From: an uncultured Alphaproteobacteria bacterium
GTDB lineage: Bacteria > Pseudomonadota > Alphaproteobacteria > ATCC43930 > CGMCC-115725
Direction of reading: 5' to 3'
Assembly: GCA_963774345.1 (NCBI GenBank)
Contig: CAVZFB010000035.1
Coordinates: forward strand, 33,915-57,914
DNA: 24,000 bases
Position numbers and translations under genes: made by a program. This document shows, piece by piece, positions 15,554-24,000 of this stretch. The notes under the pieces were generated by a model that ran no database searches, was not told the DNA's origin, and was given only the letters and a program-made list of their open reading frames with translations. Position 1 is the stretch's first letter, and each line of letters opens with the position of its first letter.

Positions 15554-16279
15554 ATGACCCCGCAATTCCGCGCGGCAATGCTTGGCGCATTGTTGCTCTG
15601 TCTGTCCGCGACGATGGCCGCGGCCGACGGACTGACCGTGCTCCCCGTCACCATTCAGATGGCGCCGGGGCAGATGGCGACGAGTCTGACGGTCAAGAAC
15701 GAGGCTGACGCGGCGACCTCGCTGCAGGTCCGAGCCTTTGCCTGGAGGCAATCGGCCCACGGCGAAGAGCGATTGGAGCCGACCACGGAACTCATGGCGA
15801 GCCCGCCGATTTGCACGATCGCGGCGGGGGCCAGCCAGGTCGTAAGACTGGTATTGCGGCTGCCGCCGCAAGGCGGGGAGGCGAGCTACCGCATCCTGCT
15901 CGACCAGATCCCGCCACCGGCTGAGCCGGGAACGGTACGCATCGCGCTGCGCCTATCGATTCCGATTTTTGCTGAGCCAAATGTACGCGCCGCACCGCAT
16001 CTGCGATGGCGCATCGAGACCGGCGGCGGGCAGGCAGAGCTGGCGGCGGCCAATGACGGCAACCGCCACGAAAAGGTCCTCGATATTTCTCTCCTGGCCG
16101 TCGGCCGCTCTTTGCCGGTGGAGGCCGGCATTTCCCCATACATTCTTCCCGGCGCTACCCGCCGATGGCGCATCTCCGGGTCCAACTCGCCGCTCGTCCC
16201 TGGGACGACACTCCGGCTGACCGCGCGGGCCGACGCGGGCGAAATCGATCAGTCGGTTTCGGTGGTTGCGGGTCCATAA
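15554..16279 (+). CDS. Periplasmic fimbrial chaperone (PapD-like, Csu/archaic type)
   Basis: Signal peptide MTPQFRAAMLGALLLCLSATMAAA, then LTVLPVTIQMAPGQMATSLTVKNEADAATSLQVRAFAW..., the pattern of a two-domain Ig-like chaperone. It sits between the pilin and usher genes. 241 aa. Confidence 0.85.
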   Translation: MTPQFRAAMLGALLLCLSATMAAADGLTVLPVTIQMAPGQMATSLTVKNEADAATSLQVRAFAWRQSAHGEERLEPTTELMASPPICTIAAGASQVVRLVLRLPPQGGEASYRILLDQIPPPAEPGTVRIALRLSIPIFAEPNVRAAPHLRWRIETGGGQAELAAANDGNRHEKVLDISLLAVGRSLPVEAGISPYILPGATRRWRISGSNSPLVPGTTLRLTARADAGEIDQSVSVVAGP

Positions 16280-18701
16280 TCACCGTTGCACCCCGGCAAC
16301 GCTGCTCCGCGCCGTCGCGACAGTCATTTTAGTTGTCGTCATCGCTCCCACGCGAGCCTCGGCCGACCAGACGTTGCTGTTGGAGGTCGTGGTCAACGGT
16401 CACCTGATCGGCAAAATCGGCGAGTTCGTACAACGCGACAACGAACTTCTCGCCCGCCCCGGTGAGCTACGCGATCTCGGCATCCGCGTTCCGGATAGGG
16501 CGCCATCGAACCAGGCTGATCTTGTCCCTCTCTCGGCAATCGAGGGCCTGGCCGCCCGCCTCGATATGGCGACGCAGACATTGTACGTCACTGCCGCGCC
16601 GGAGCGCTTGTTGCCCGAGCTATTGCTGGCCGCTGGGGTCTCCGGCAGCAATGTCCCGGTCGAAAGCGGGATCGGGGAGACGCTCGATTACGATGTCGTC
16701 GGTACCTCGGTCAGCGGGCAGAACCTCGGCAGTGGGCTGTTCGATTTGCGCGTTTTCTCGCCGTGGGGCGTGGTTTCCTCGGGCTTCCTAGGCTACGCCG
16801 GGACCAATCCCAACGGCCCCCTTCCGTATTCGGCGATACGGCTCGATTCGGTCTACACCTATGCCGATTTCGATAATCTGCGCTGGTATCGGGCGGGCGA
16901 TTTCATCAATGGTGGTCTCGGTTGGACCCGTCCAGTGCGGATCGGCGGGGTGCAGATCCAGTCGGATTTCTCGATGCGGCCCGATCTCGTGACGTTTCCG
17001 CTGCCTTCGGTCGGCGGCTCGGCCGCGGTCCCGTCGACGGTCGACGTCCTGGTCAACGGCACGCGGGTCCTTTCGCGTCAAGTGGCGCCCGGCCCATTCG
17101 AGATCCCGCAACTTCCGATCGTTACCGGCGGCGGCGCGATCCAGATGACCGTGACCAACGCACTCGGCCAGCAGGTCACCACGACCTTGCCGTTCTACGC
17201 CAGCTCCAATCTGCTCGCTCCGGGCCTTCAAACCTATTCGGCAGAAGTCGGCGCGGTGCGGCGGAACTGGGGCGTCATCAGCGACGATTACGGTGCCCTG
17301 GCCGGTTCCGCCACCTACCGCCGCGGCTTGTCGCCGGTGGTGACGATCGAGGCCCATGCCGAAGGAACGTCCGGTCTGATGGCCGCCGGCGCGGGCAGCG
17401 TGGTGAACGTCGGCGATCTGGGCGTGATCAATTTCTCGGCCGCCGGCAGCGGTCTCGATCTGCCCGGTGTTCAGTTCACGGCCGGTGCTCAGCGGATCGG
17501 TCCAGTCGCCAGCCTCGGCGCCTTTGCCAGTGTCGCCAGCCGAAACTTCCGCGACATTGCGACGGTGAACGGCGATCCCGTGCCGCAGCGTCAGCTGAAT
17601 GCTTATGCAAGTCTGTCGTTCGGGCGCTTCGGTTCCGCCGGCATTTCCTATATCGGCATCGATCGCAGCGCGGTCTTCACACCGATCAATTTCGTGGCTC
17701 CAGCCAGCGGGTTTCTTGCCCAGAACACCGTCCTACCGGGCGGAACCGTTTCGACCACGAGCGGGGCAGCCCCCTTTCTTCCGGTTCTACGGGCCCGAAT
17801 CGTCTCGGCGAATTACTCGGTGCAGATCGGCAAGCTGTCAATCTATGCGACCGCTTTCCGTGATTTCGCCCAAGGTGGCGGCAGCGGCGCGATATTGGGG
17901 GTGACGATTCCGATCGGTCCGCGCAGTTCGGCCGGCGTCAGCGCCGGCTCCGGATCGGGTAGCGGTTATGCTCAGGTGCAGGCGACGCAGTCGCCGGTGC
18001 TGATCGGCGATTGGGGCTACCAAATCTACGGCTCAGCCGGCAATCCATATCAGCAATTTGGATTGGTGCAATACAAGTCGCCATGGGGGCTGGTCTCCGC
18101 CGGGGCCAGCCGGGTCGGCACGCAGACCGCCCTGCGTGGCGAAGCGCAGGGCGCTCTGTCCTATGCCGATGGCGGGCTGTTCGCATCCAATACGATCAAT
18201 GATGCGTTCGCCGTGGTCGACACCACCGCCCCCGACATTCGCGTCTACAGCGAGAATCGCGAGGTGGAGCGGACCGACTCCGCCGGGCGCGTATTGGTGC
18301 CCGATCTTCGCTCTTTTGATCTCAACAATTTGTCGATCGATCCGTCCGATGTGCCGGCTGACGCTTCGGTTCCGTATATGACCAGGGAGGTGCGGCCGCA
18401 GTACCGCTCCGGGGTCGTGGTGCGTTTCCCGGTCCGCGCCAGCCACGGCGCCCTGCTGCGGCTCGTCGATCAGGCGGGCCAGCCGCTGCCCGTCGGCAGC
18501 GTTGCCACCCTAAAAGCGACAAAGGCCTCGGTTCCCGTCGGCTATGACGGCGAAGCCTATGTCCAGGATCTCCGCCGTCACAACGGACTCGCCGTCGAAC
18601 GGCCGGATGGGTCGCGTTGCACTGTAGCCTTCGACTATCAGCCGGCGCCGGGTGAGATCCCGACGATCGGACCGCTGATCTGCCGGCAGGAAGCTCCGTG
18701 A
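16266..18701 (+). CDS. Outer-membrane fimbrial usher protein
   Basis: 811 aa. TTG start overlapping the chaperone stop by 14 nt. Signal peptide ...VILVVVIAPTRASA, then LLLEVVVNGH...GELRDLGI (usher N-terminal domain pattern), a long Gly/Ser/Tyr-rich beta-barrel region and C-terminal plug-like domains. Confidence 0.9.
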   Translation: MRVHNHRCTPATLLRAVATVILVVVIAPTRASADQTLLLEVVVNGHLIGKIGEFVQRDNELLARPGELRDLGIRVPDRAPSNQADLVPLSAIEGLAARLDMATQTLYVTAAPERLLPELLLAAGVSGSNVPVESGIGETLDYDVVGTSVSGQNLGSGLFDLRVFSPWGVVSSGFLGYAGTNPNGPLPYSAIRLDSVYTYADFDNLRWYRAGDFINGGLGWTRPVRIGGVQIQSDFSMRPDLVTFPLPSVGGSAAVPSTVDVLVNGTRVLSRQVAPGPFEIPQLPIVTGGGAIQMTVTNALGQQVTTTLPFYASSNLLAPGLQTYSAEVGAVRRNWGVISDDYGALAGSATYRRGLSPVVTIEAHAEGTSGLMAAGAGSVVNVGDLGVINFSAAGSGLDLPGVQFTAGAQRIGPVASLGAFASVASRNFRDIATVNGDPVPQRQLNAYASLSFGRFGSAGISYIGIDRSAVFTPINFVAPASGFLAQNTVLPGGTVSTTSGAAPFLPVLRARIVSANYSVQIGKLSIYATAFRDFAQGGGSGAILGVTIPIGPRSSAGVSAGSGSGSGYAQVQATQSPVLIGDWGYQIYGSAGNPYQQFGLVQYKSPWGLVSAGASRVGTQTALRGEAQGALSYADGGLFASNTINDAFAVVDTTAPDIRVYSENREVERTDSAGRVLVPDLRSFDLNNLSIDPSDVPADASVPYMTREVRPQYRSGVVVRFPVRASHGALLRLVDQAGQPLPVGSVATLKATKASVPVGYDGEAYVQDLRRHNGLAVERPDGSRCTVAFDYQPAPGEIPTIGPLICRQEAP

Positions 18702-19141
18702 CGCGCGTAGCCGCTTTGGTCGCGATTTTGCTGCTTCTTCCGGCATTGGCCCGGGCCGCCACCTGCACCGTCTCGGCCACGCCAGTCGCTTTCGGCGTAT
18801 ACCCGCCCTTTTCCGGCACGCCGACAACCAGCACCGGCTCGACCTCGGTTCACTGTGTGGCAGGGGCGGCAAGTATTGTAATTTCGCTCAGCACCGGCGG
18901 AGGAGGCGCTTACGCCAACCGGCGAATGAGCAATGGCGCCTCCAATTTGACCTATCAGCTGTATTCGGACGCGGCTCGCACGATGATCTGGGGCGACGGC
19001 ACCGCCGGCACTGTCACCGTTTCGGCCCATGTCGCCAGCAATGGCACCCAAAACAACACGGTCTATGGACGAATTCCAGCGCTACAAGGGGTTCGCCCGG
19101 GCGCCTACACCGATACGATCACCGTCACGGTAACATACTGA
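18698..19141 (+). CDS. SCPU-domain (Csu-type) fimbrial subunit, second paralogue
   Basis: GTG start overlapping the usher stop (GTGA). Signal peptide MTRVAALVAILLLLPALARA, a Cys pair (ATC...VHC) and the C-terminus GAYTDTITVTVTY. 147 aa. Confidence 0.85.
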   Translation: MTRVAALVAILLLLPALARAATCTVSATPVAFGVYPPFSGTPTTSTGSTSVHCVAGAASIVISLSTGGGGAYANRRMSNGASNLTYQLYSDAARTMIWGDGTAGTVTVSAHVASNGTQNNTVYGRIPALQGVRPGAYTDTITVTVTY

Positions 19142-19278
19142 TCGTCCCCAGTGGGGCTTCGTCGTTATCGCTACCGACCTGCGCAGCTGCCTGAGCTTCC
19201 GCTCGGCCCCGGTCTATCAAATCACTTGCGGATCTCGATCGTCGCAAGACAATCGATTGGTTGGACGAGGATCGGGGA

Positions 19279-20910
19279 GTGGCCAAAGCATACGCCTACA
19301 TCATCGTCGGGGCCGGATCGGCCGGCTGCACCTTGGCCAATCGGCTGAGCGAGGACGCGGACGCGCGCGTGCTGGTGCTCGAGGCGGGCGGCTGGGACCG
19401 CGACCCGTGGATCCATATCCCGCTCGGCTGGGGCCGGATGTTGCAGCGTCGCCGCCACGACTGGATGTACTTCGCCGAGCCCGAGGCGACGATGGACGGC
19501 CGTCGCGTCGAGTGCGCCCGCGGCAAGATCATCGGCGGCTCGTCTTCGATCAACGCCATGGTCTATGTGCGCGGCCATCGCGGCGACTACCAGCGATGGG
19601 CGGCGGACGGGCTCGACGCCTGGTCTTACTCCCATGTGCTTCCCTATTTCCGTCGTCAGGAAAGCTGGGAGGGCGGTGCCGGCCCCTATCGCGGCGGCGA
19701 TGGGCCGCTGACGGTGCGGCGCTCGCGCTATTCCGACCCGCTGGTCGATGCCTATATGGCGGCGGGAGCCGCGGCCGGACATAAGCTCACCAAGGATTAC
19801 AACGGCGCGCAGCAGGAGGGCTTCGGCCGCTCGCAGATGACGATCCGCGACGGGCGGCGCTGCAGCGCCGCGGTCGCCTATCTGCGTCCGGCGCTGACCC
19901 GGTCTAATCTCGAAATTGTTGTGGGCGCGCTGGCGACGCGCATCCTGTTCGAGGGTAGCCGGGCGGTTGGCGTCGAATACCTGAAATCGGGCCAGCGCAT
20001 TGTCGCGTCTGCCGAGCGCGAGGTGATCCTTGCCGGCGGCGTCATCAATTCGCCGCAGCTGTTGATGCTGTCGGGGATCGGCGACCCCGCAGAGCTCGCC
20101 GCGCACGACATCCCGGTCAGAGTGCGCCTGCCCGGAGTCGGGCAAAATCTGCAAGACCACATCTCGGCGCCGGTAAGCTACGCCCGTAAAGAGCCCGGTC
20201 CCTTGCACGCCAGGATGCGCGCCGATCGCATTGCCCTGGAATTGGCCAAAACCTATTTCCGCGGCGCCGGCATCGCCAGCGACTTGCCGGGCGGGCTGAT
20301 GGCCTTTCTAAAGACGGCGCCCGAGACCGCTTTGCCCGACTTGCAGCTGCTGTTTAACGCCGCGCCGATGGCGGCCTCGCCGTATTTCCCGCCCTTTGTG
20401 CCCGCCTATGCCGACAGCTTCGCCTGCCGCGCTGTGCTGTTGCGTCCCGAGAGCCGCGGGCGGGTCGAGCTCGCCTCTTCCGACCCGAAGGTCCCGCTCC
20501 GCATCCACCAGAATTTCCTAGCCACCGACAAGGACTGGGCGACCTTGCGCGCCGGGATTCGCCTGGTTCGCGACATCGGCCAGGCCGCGCCCTTGGTCCC
20601 GTTCGCCGCGGGGGAGATCGCGCCCGGCCCCGCTTGCCACTCCAACGCCGAGATCGACGCCTACATCCGCGCCAGCGCGATCACGGTTCACCATCCGCTC
20701 GGCACCTGCAAGATGGGCCGGCCGGCCGACCCCACCGCCGTCGTCGATCCCGAACTCAGGGTCCTGGGGGTAGACGCGCTGCGCGTCGTCGACGCCTCGG
20801 TAATGCCCGACCTGATCGGCGGCAACATCAACGCGGTGGTGATCATGATCGCCGAAAAAGCCGCCGACCTGATCCGCGGCCACCCCCCGCTCGCCCCGGT
20901 CAACGTCTAA
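19279..20910 (+). CDS. GMC-family FAD oxidoreductase (choline/alcohol dehydrogenase-like)
   Basis: [22 protein letters not shown] (GxGxxG FAD fold), [18 protein letters not shown], and C-terminal HPLGTCKMG...[23 protein letters not shown] prefer GTG 19279, preceded by GAGGA, over the track start TTG 19261. Confidence 0.92.
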   Translation: MAKAYAYIIVGAGSAGCTLANRLSEDADARVLVLEAGGWDRDPWIHIPLGWGRMLQRRRHDWMYFAEPEATMDGRRVECARGKIIGGSSSINAMVYVRGHRGDYQRWAADGLDAWSYSHVLPYFRRQESWEGGAGPYRGGDGPLTVRRSRYSDPLVDAYMAAGAAAGHKLTKDYNGAQQEGFGRSQMTIRDGRRCSAAVAYLRPALTRSNLEIVVGALATRILFEGSRAVGVEYLKSGQRIVASAEREVILAGGVINSPQLLMLSGIGDPAELAAHDIPVRVRLPGVGQNLQDHISAPVSYARKEPGPLHARMRADRIALELAKTYFRGAGIASDLPGGLMAFLKTAPETALPDLQLLFNAAPMAASPYFPPFVPAYADSFACRAVLLRPESRGRVELASSDPKVPLRIHQNFLATDKDWATLRAGIRLVRDIGQAAPLVPFAAGEIAPGPACHSNAEIDAYIRASAITVHHPLGTCKMGRPADPTAVVDPELRVLGVDALRVVDASVMPDLIGGNINAVVIMIAEKAADLIRGHPPLAPVNV

Positions 20911-21063
20911 CAGCACAAGCTTCAGGCCCGTAAAACCTGCGGTCAGCCTACGCGCGCCGATTTTTCACCGCGCCGCTCTCGGATTTTGAGCAGTCTTGTT
21001 ATTCTGATCCCTTCAGGTCGAAGTTGCCGATCGGGCCACGGTCATCGCCACGCGGAGGGAAGA

Positions 21064-21465
21064 ATGCTCACCATCCTCGATCTCAATGCCGAGTTCGCCA
21101 AGCTGAAGACGTTGCGCGGACGCACTCCGGAAACTCCGGAGGCTGATCGCCAGGGCGCTTTCGCACGGTTGGCGCCGTACCGGGACAGCGCCATCAACGT
21201 CGCCAAATTCTCCGGCGAAGGCCCATGGGAGCGCCACATCAACGGGGACGAAATCGTACAGGTCGTCGACGGCGCCACGACTTTCCACATCATGTTCGAG
21301 GACGGGCCGCAATCCTACACACTCAAGGCCGGGATGGTGGTCGTCGTCCCGCAAGGGAAGTGGCATCGCTTCGAGGCGCCGGACGGGGTGAGCCTGATGA
21401 CCACCACGCCGCAACCGACCGAACACCTCACCTTCGCCGTCGACGATCCGCGAACCCTCGACTGA
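21064..21465 (+). CDS. Cupin-domain protein
   Basis: GPWERHINGDEIVQVVDG...GMVVVVPQGKWHRFEAPDG is a two-motif cupin beta-barrel pattern. ATG 21064 is preceded by GGAGGGAAGA. 133 aa. Confidence 0.8.
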   Translation: MLTILDLNAEFAKLKTLRGRTPETPEADRQGAFARLAPYRDSAINVAKFSGEGPWERHINGDEIVQVVDGATTFHIMFEDGPQSYTLKAGMVVVVPQGKWHRFEAPDGVSLMTTTPQPTEHLTFAVDDPRTLD

Positions 21466-21707
21466 CGGGTATGTCGAAGCGGTGCGATCCCCGCTCGACA
21501 GCCTTTTGACGGATGACAACTTCTCGCGGTTGGGCTAGCCTAGTTACTGGGCCTCGATGGGGCCGAATAAGGCGGCCGAAAACAGAACGCCGCCGGACAT
21601 GGAACAGGAGCAACGTCGATCCGGCGGCGTGTCGTGCGGCTGCCAGAATTTGCGAGGCGCGTACCGAGCGACGAGCAAGCAATTTAATCTAGATCCCCGA
21701 TAACGGC

Positions 21708-21730
21708 GACGGGCCCGCCTCGTCCGTTTT
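21708..21730 (+). terminator. Weak intrinsic-terminator-like hairpin in the leader of the MFS gene
   Basis: gacggg-cccgc-cctcgtc forms a 6-bp stem including one G-U pair (21708-21724), followed by cgTTTTgcg (T-run 21727-21730). The stem and T-tract are short, so this is tentative. Confidence 0.25.
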
Positions 21731-21776
21731 GCGCTTCCGCATGGTCCCCGGATTTCGACAATCTGGGAGGTCACCC

Positions 21777-23186
21777 ATGGCAGAAATTCGCTCGATCGCC
21801 CGATCGCCAACGGCCGCTAGCTTTGTGCTCGGTCGTAAGCTCGACAGCATCCCGTTCAGCGCTTACCACGTATTGATCATCGCCGTGCTGGCTCTCGTCG
21901 GCTTCGTCGAGGGCTACGATCTGTCGCTCACCAGCTCCTTGCTGGTACTGGCCAAGGCGCCGCTGCATCTGACCGGCACCGACATCCGCTGGCTCGTCGC
22001 CGGCCCGCCCCTGATGGCTTGCGTCGGCGGCTTTGCGTTCTCGGCAGTAGCCGACCACTGGAGCCGCAAGATGGTGATGCAGATCGGGGTAATTGCTACC
22101 ACGTTTTTGACGTTGTTGATCCCGCTGGTGCAAACCGCCGAGCAGCTGATCATCCTGCGTCTGCTGACCGGCCTCGGCGCCGGCGGGGTCGTGTCAGCAG
22201 CATTCCCGATCGCCGCCGAATTAATGCCGGCGCAGCACCGGCGCACCTACGGCGCGATCTATGAAATGGCGCTGGCCGCCTCGTTTACTTTGGTGCCCTT
22301 TATCTCCTTCCTGCTCGCCGGCAGCCCTAACGCATTTCGATTTCTCGCGTTGCCGGGCGGGCTAGTGATAACCGTTGTGCCGGTGCTGATCTATTTCGCG
22401 CTTCCCGAAAGCCCGCGCTGGTACTTGCGCAAGGGCGACGCGCAGGCGGCGGCCGATGCCGTCAACCAGATCATTCGGCGGGCCGGCGATCGCGTTCCGC
22501 CACTGACCGTCGAGGCGCTCCGCGACAGCCCACAGAGTATCCGCGAGCAGTTGCCGCCCTATTGGGCATTGTTCGCCCGGGGCCAGCTGCGCTGGACCAC
22601 GGTCGGGATTTTGAGCGGCGTCTGCGCCGGCACCGCCGGTCTTCTGATCCATGGATTGCTGCCCAAGGCGATGGTCGATCAGGGCCTGGCCGTCGCCTCC
22701 AGTTTCGGTTTGAGTACGCTGGTGTATCTCGCGAGCATCCCGGGCAAAGCCTTCACCGGCTTCCTGATGGAGATCATCGGGCGGCGGTGGACCATTGCCT
22801 ACGCCCTCGCCGGATCGCTGCCCGGCCTGTTCATGATGCTGCTGGCGCATCGGGCTGGGGAATACGCAACGGTTGTAATGGTCGCGGGCGGGCTGATCAC
22901 CGGCTTCACCGTGCTGTCGGCGTTCAGCGCCACCCGCGTCTACCTGTCCGAGCAGTTCCCGACAGCGTTGCGCGGCCGTGGACAGATCTTCGGTGAGTTG
23001 TTCGGCCGGCTGTTCGCCGGCGTGCTGGCGCCGTTTTTGATGGTGCCCTACACAGGCTCGCCGACGATCTTTTTCGGCACGATCGTGGTCGTGGTGTCGG
23101 TCGGCGCCTTCATCCCGCTGATCTTCGGCAAGGAGACTGTCGGCCAGCTCGAAACCGTGACCGAGGGCGTACCCGCGTTCGCCTGA
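21777..23186 (+). CDS. MFS transporter (12-TM, sugar-porter/aromatic-acid:H+ symporter-like)
   Basis: Hydrophobic segments occur throughout, with the MFS loop motifs DHWSRKMVMQIGV and LPESPRWYL. ATG 21777 is preceded by GGGAGG. 469 aa. Confidence 0.9.
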   Translation: MAEIRSIARSPTAASFVLGRKLDSIPFSAYHVLIIAVLALVGFVEGYDLSLTSSLLVLAKAPLHLTGTDIRWLVAGPPLMACVGGFAFSAVADHWSRKMVMQIGVIATTFLTLLIPLVQTAEQLIILRLLTGLGAGGVVSAAFPIAAELMPAQHRRTYGAIYEMALAASFTLVPFISFLLAGSPNAFRFLALPGGLVITVVPVLIYFALPESPRWYLRKGDAQAAADAVNQIIRRAGDRVPPLTVEALRDSPQSIREQLPPYWALFARGQLRWTTVGILSGVCAGTAGLLIHGLLPKAMVDQGLAVASSFGLSTLVYLASIPGKAFTGFLMEIIGRRWTIAYALAGSLPGLFMMLLAHRAGEYATVVMVAGGLITGFTVLSAFSATRVYLSEQFPTALRGRGQIFGELFGRLFAGVLAPFLMVPYTGSPTIFFGTIVVVVSVGAFIPLIFGKETVGQLETVTEGVPAFA

Positions 23187-23223
23187 TCCGCCGCGGTCGG
23201 CAATGGCGAGGCCAACGGAAGCC

Positions 23224-24000
23224 CTACGACGCGAAAATCTCGCCAAGGCGCTGGATCGAGCTCAGCACTTGCTGCTGGGGCAGCCCTGGCCACTGGCAGC
23301 GCATGATGAAGTGATCGACGCCGAGCAGCTCGTGATAGCGCGCGATCTCCTCCTTTACCGACACCTTGTCGCCGATGATGAACCGGTCGCGCGCAAAATC
23401 CTCGAAGTCGGGCGAAGTGCGGTCCTGAAGTCCCCAGGCGGCATAGGCGTTGTATTTGTATTCGAGCGGCCCGCGGCATTCCTCGTGCGCAGTTGCGTGG
23501 CTCGCGCCGACATAGCATTCGACAGTGATCGGGTACTCCATCGGGGTTCGTCCGAATTCCTTTAATGCCGCACGATAGGTTTGCATCAGCGGCCCCACCG
23601 TGCCGAGCCCGCCGCTGTTGACGATCAGCCAGGCGTCGCCGATCCGCGCCGCGCGCCTGACCGACACATCGGCCTGCCCGGCGATATAAAGCGGCGGTCC
23701 GCCCGGGCGCACCGGCTTCGCGCCGATGCCGGCGTCGTTGACCGTGTAGAACCGGCCCTTATGGCTGATCCGGTCCTCGGTCCACAGCCGGCGCATCAAG
23801 GCGATGCTTTCGTTAAACCGCGGCGCCCGCTCCTTCAAGGCGATGCCGAAGGCGTCGAACTCCGGCTGGCGGTAGCCTAAGCCGATGCCGAGGATGTAGT
23901 AGCCACCGGTCAGCACGTCCAAGGTGGCCGCTTCCTCCGCCACATGCATCGGGTTGAGCGGCGGTAGGATCAGGATGTTCGGTCCGATCGTCATGCCCTT
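23224..24000 (-). CDS. LLM-class (luciferase-like) flavin-dependent oxidoreductase, N-terminus outside window
   Basis: ...IGPNILILPPLNPMHVAEEAATLDVLTGGYYILGIGLGYRQPEFDAFG...RFNESIALMRRLWTE... is the typical LLM TIM-barrel core. The reading frame stays open through position 24000, so the true start lies beyond the window. Confidence 0.88.
   Translation of the reverse strand, partial: KGMTIGPNILILPPLNPMHVAEEAATLDVLTGGYYILGIGLGYRQPEFDAFGIALKERAPRFNESIALMRRLWTEDRISHKGRFYTVNDAGIGAKPVRPGGPPLYIAGQADVSVRRAARIGDAWLIVNSGGLGTVGPLMQTYRAALKEFGRTPMEYPITVECYVGASHATAHEECRGPLEYKYNAYAAWGLQDRTSPDFEDFARDRFIIGDKVSVKEEIARYHELLGVDHFIMRCQWPGLPQQQVLSSIQRLGEIFAS

Noticed and set aside
19146-19166. Possible terminator after the pilus operon (cccc-agt-gggg followed by cttcgtcgtt).
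   Set aside because: The stem is only 4 bp with a broken T-tract, which is too weak to call.
19225-19248. Dyad cttgcg-N12-cgcaag about 30 nt upstream of the GMC oxidoreductase start, as a possible operator.
   Set aside because: The arms are only 6 bp, which is easily expected by chance in a 120-bp GC-rich spacer, and there is no adjacent regulator gene to support it.
1-24000. Search for defence systems, prophage or integrative elements, toxin-antitoxin pairs, CRISPR arrays and tRNA/rRNA genes.
   Set aside because: No integrase, transposase, recombinase, nuclease/helicase/ATPase defence-type ORFs, spacer-repeat arrays or cloverleaf-like sequences were seen. Intergenic space is too limited (largest gaps 311, 235 and 153 nt) to hide such genes.

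Overview
This is a densely coding, high-GC chromosomal segment that looks alphaproteobacterial (taxon is a low-confidence inference). I can support about 23 genes. Left part: a 5'-truncated SDR oxidoreductase, a LigB/LigA-fused extradiol ring-cleavage dioxygenase, a very unusual Arg-block low-complexity protein (1664-2989), and a minus-strand three-gene unit of MBL-fold hydrolase, LivK-type solute-binding protein and VOC/glyoxalase-fold protein. Centre: one long co-directional plus-strand string, ggt-ureD-ureA-ureB-ureC-(embedded orphan ABC substrate-binding protein)-ureE-ureF-ureG-hemW. In this string ggt and ureF each show a single-nucleotide reading-frame disruption, and a REP-like nested-hairpin repeat sits between ureA and ureB. 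Right part: a four-gene archaic (sigma/Csu-type, SCPU-domain) chaperone-usher pilus operon preceded by a visibly AT-richer regulatory region. It is followed by a GMC oxidoreductase, a cupin, an MFS transporter and a 5'-truncated luciferase-like (LLM) oxidoreductase. I found no rRNA, tRNA, CRISPR array, transposase, integrase or recognisable defence genes, so I cannot honestly claim a new multi-gene system here. The most novel-looking element is the Arg-block protein. The other findings are variations on known systems (interrupted or decayed urease operon, minimal Csu-like pilus). Many long antisense or off-frame ORFs in the track are high-GC artefacts.
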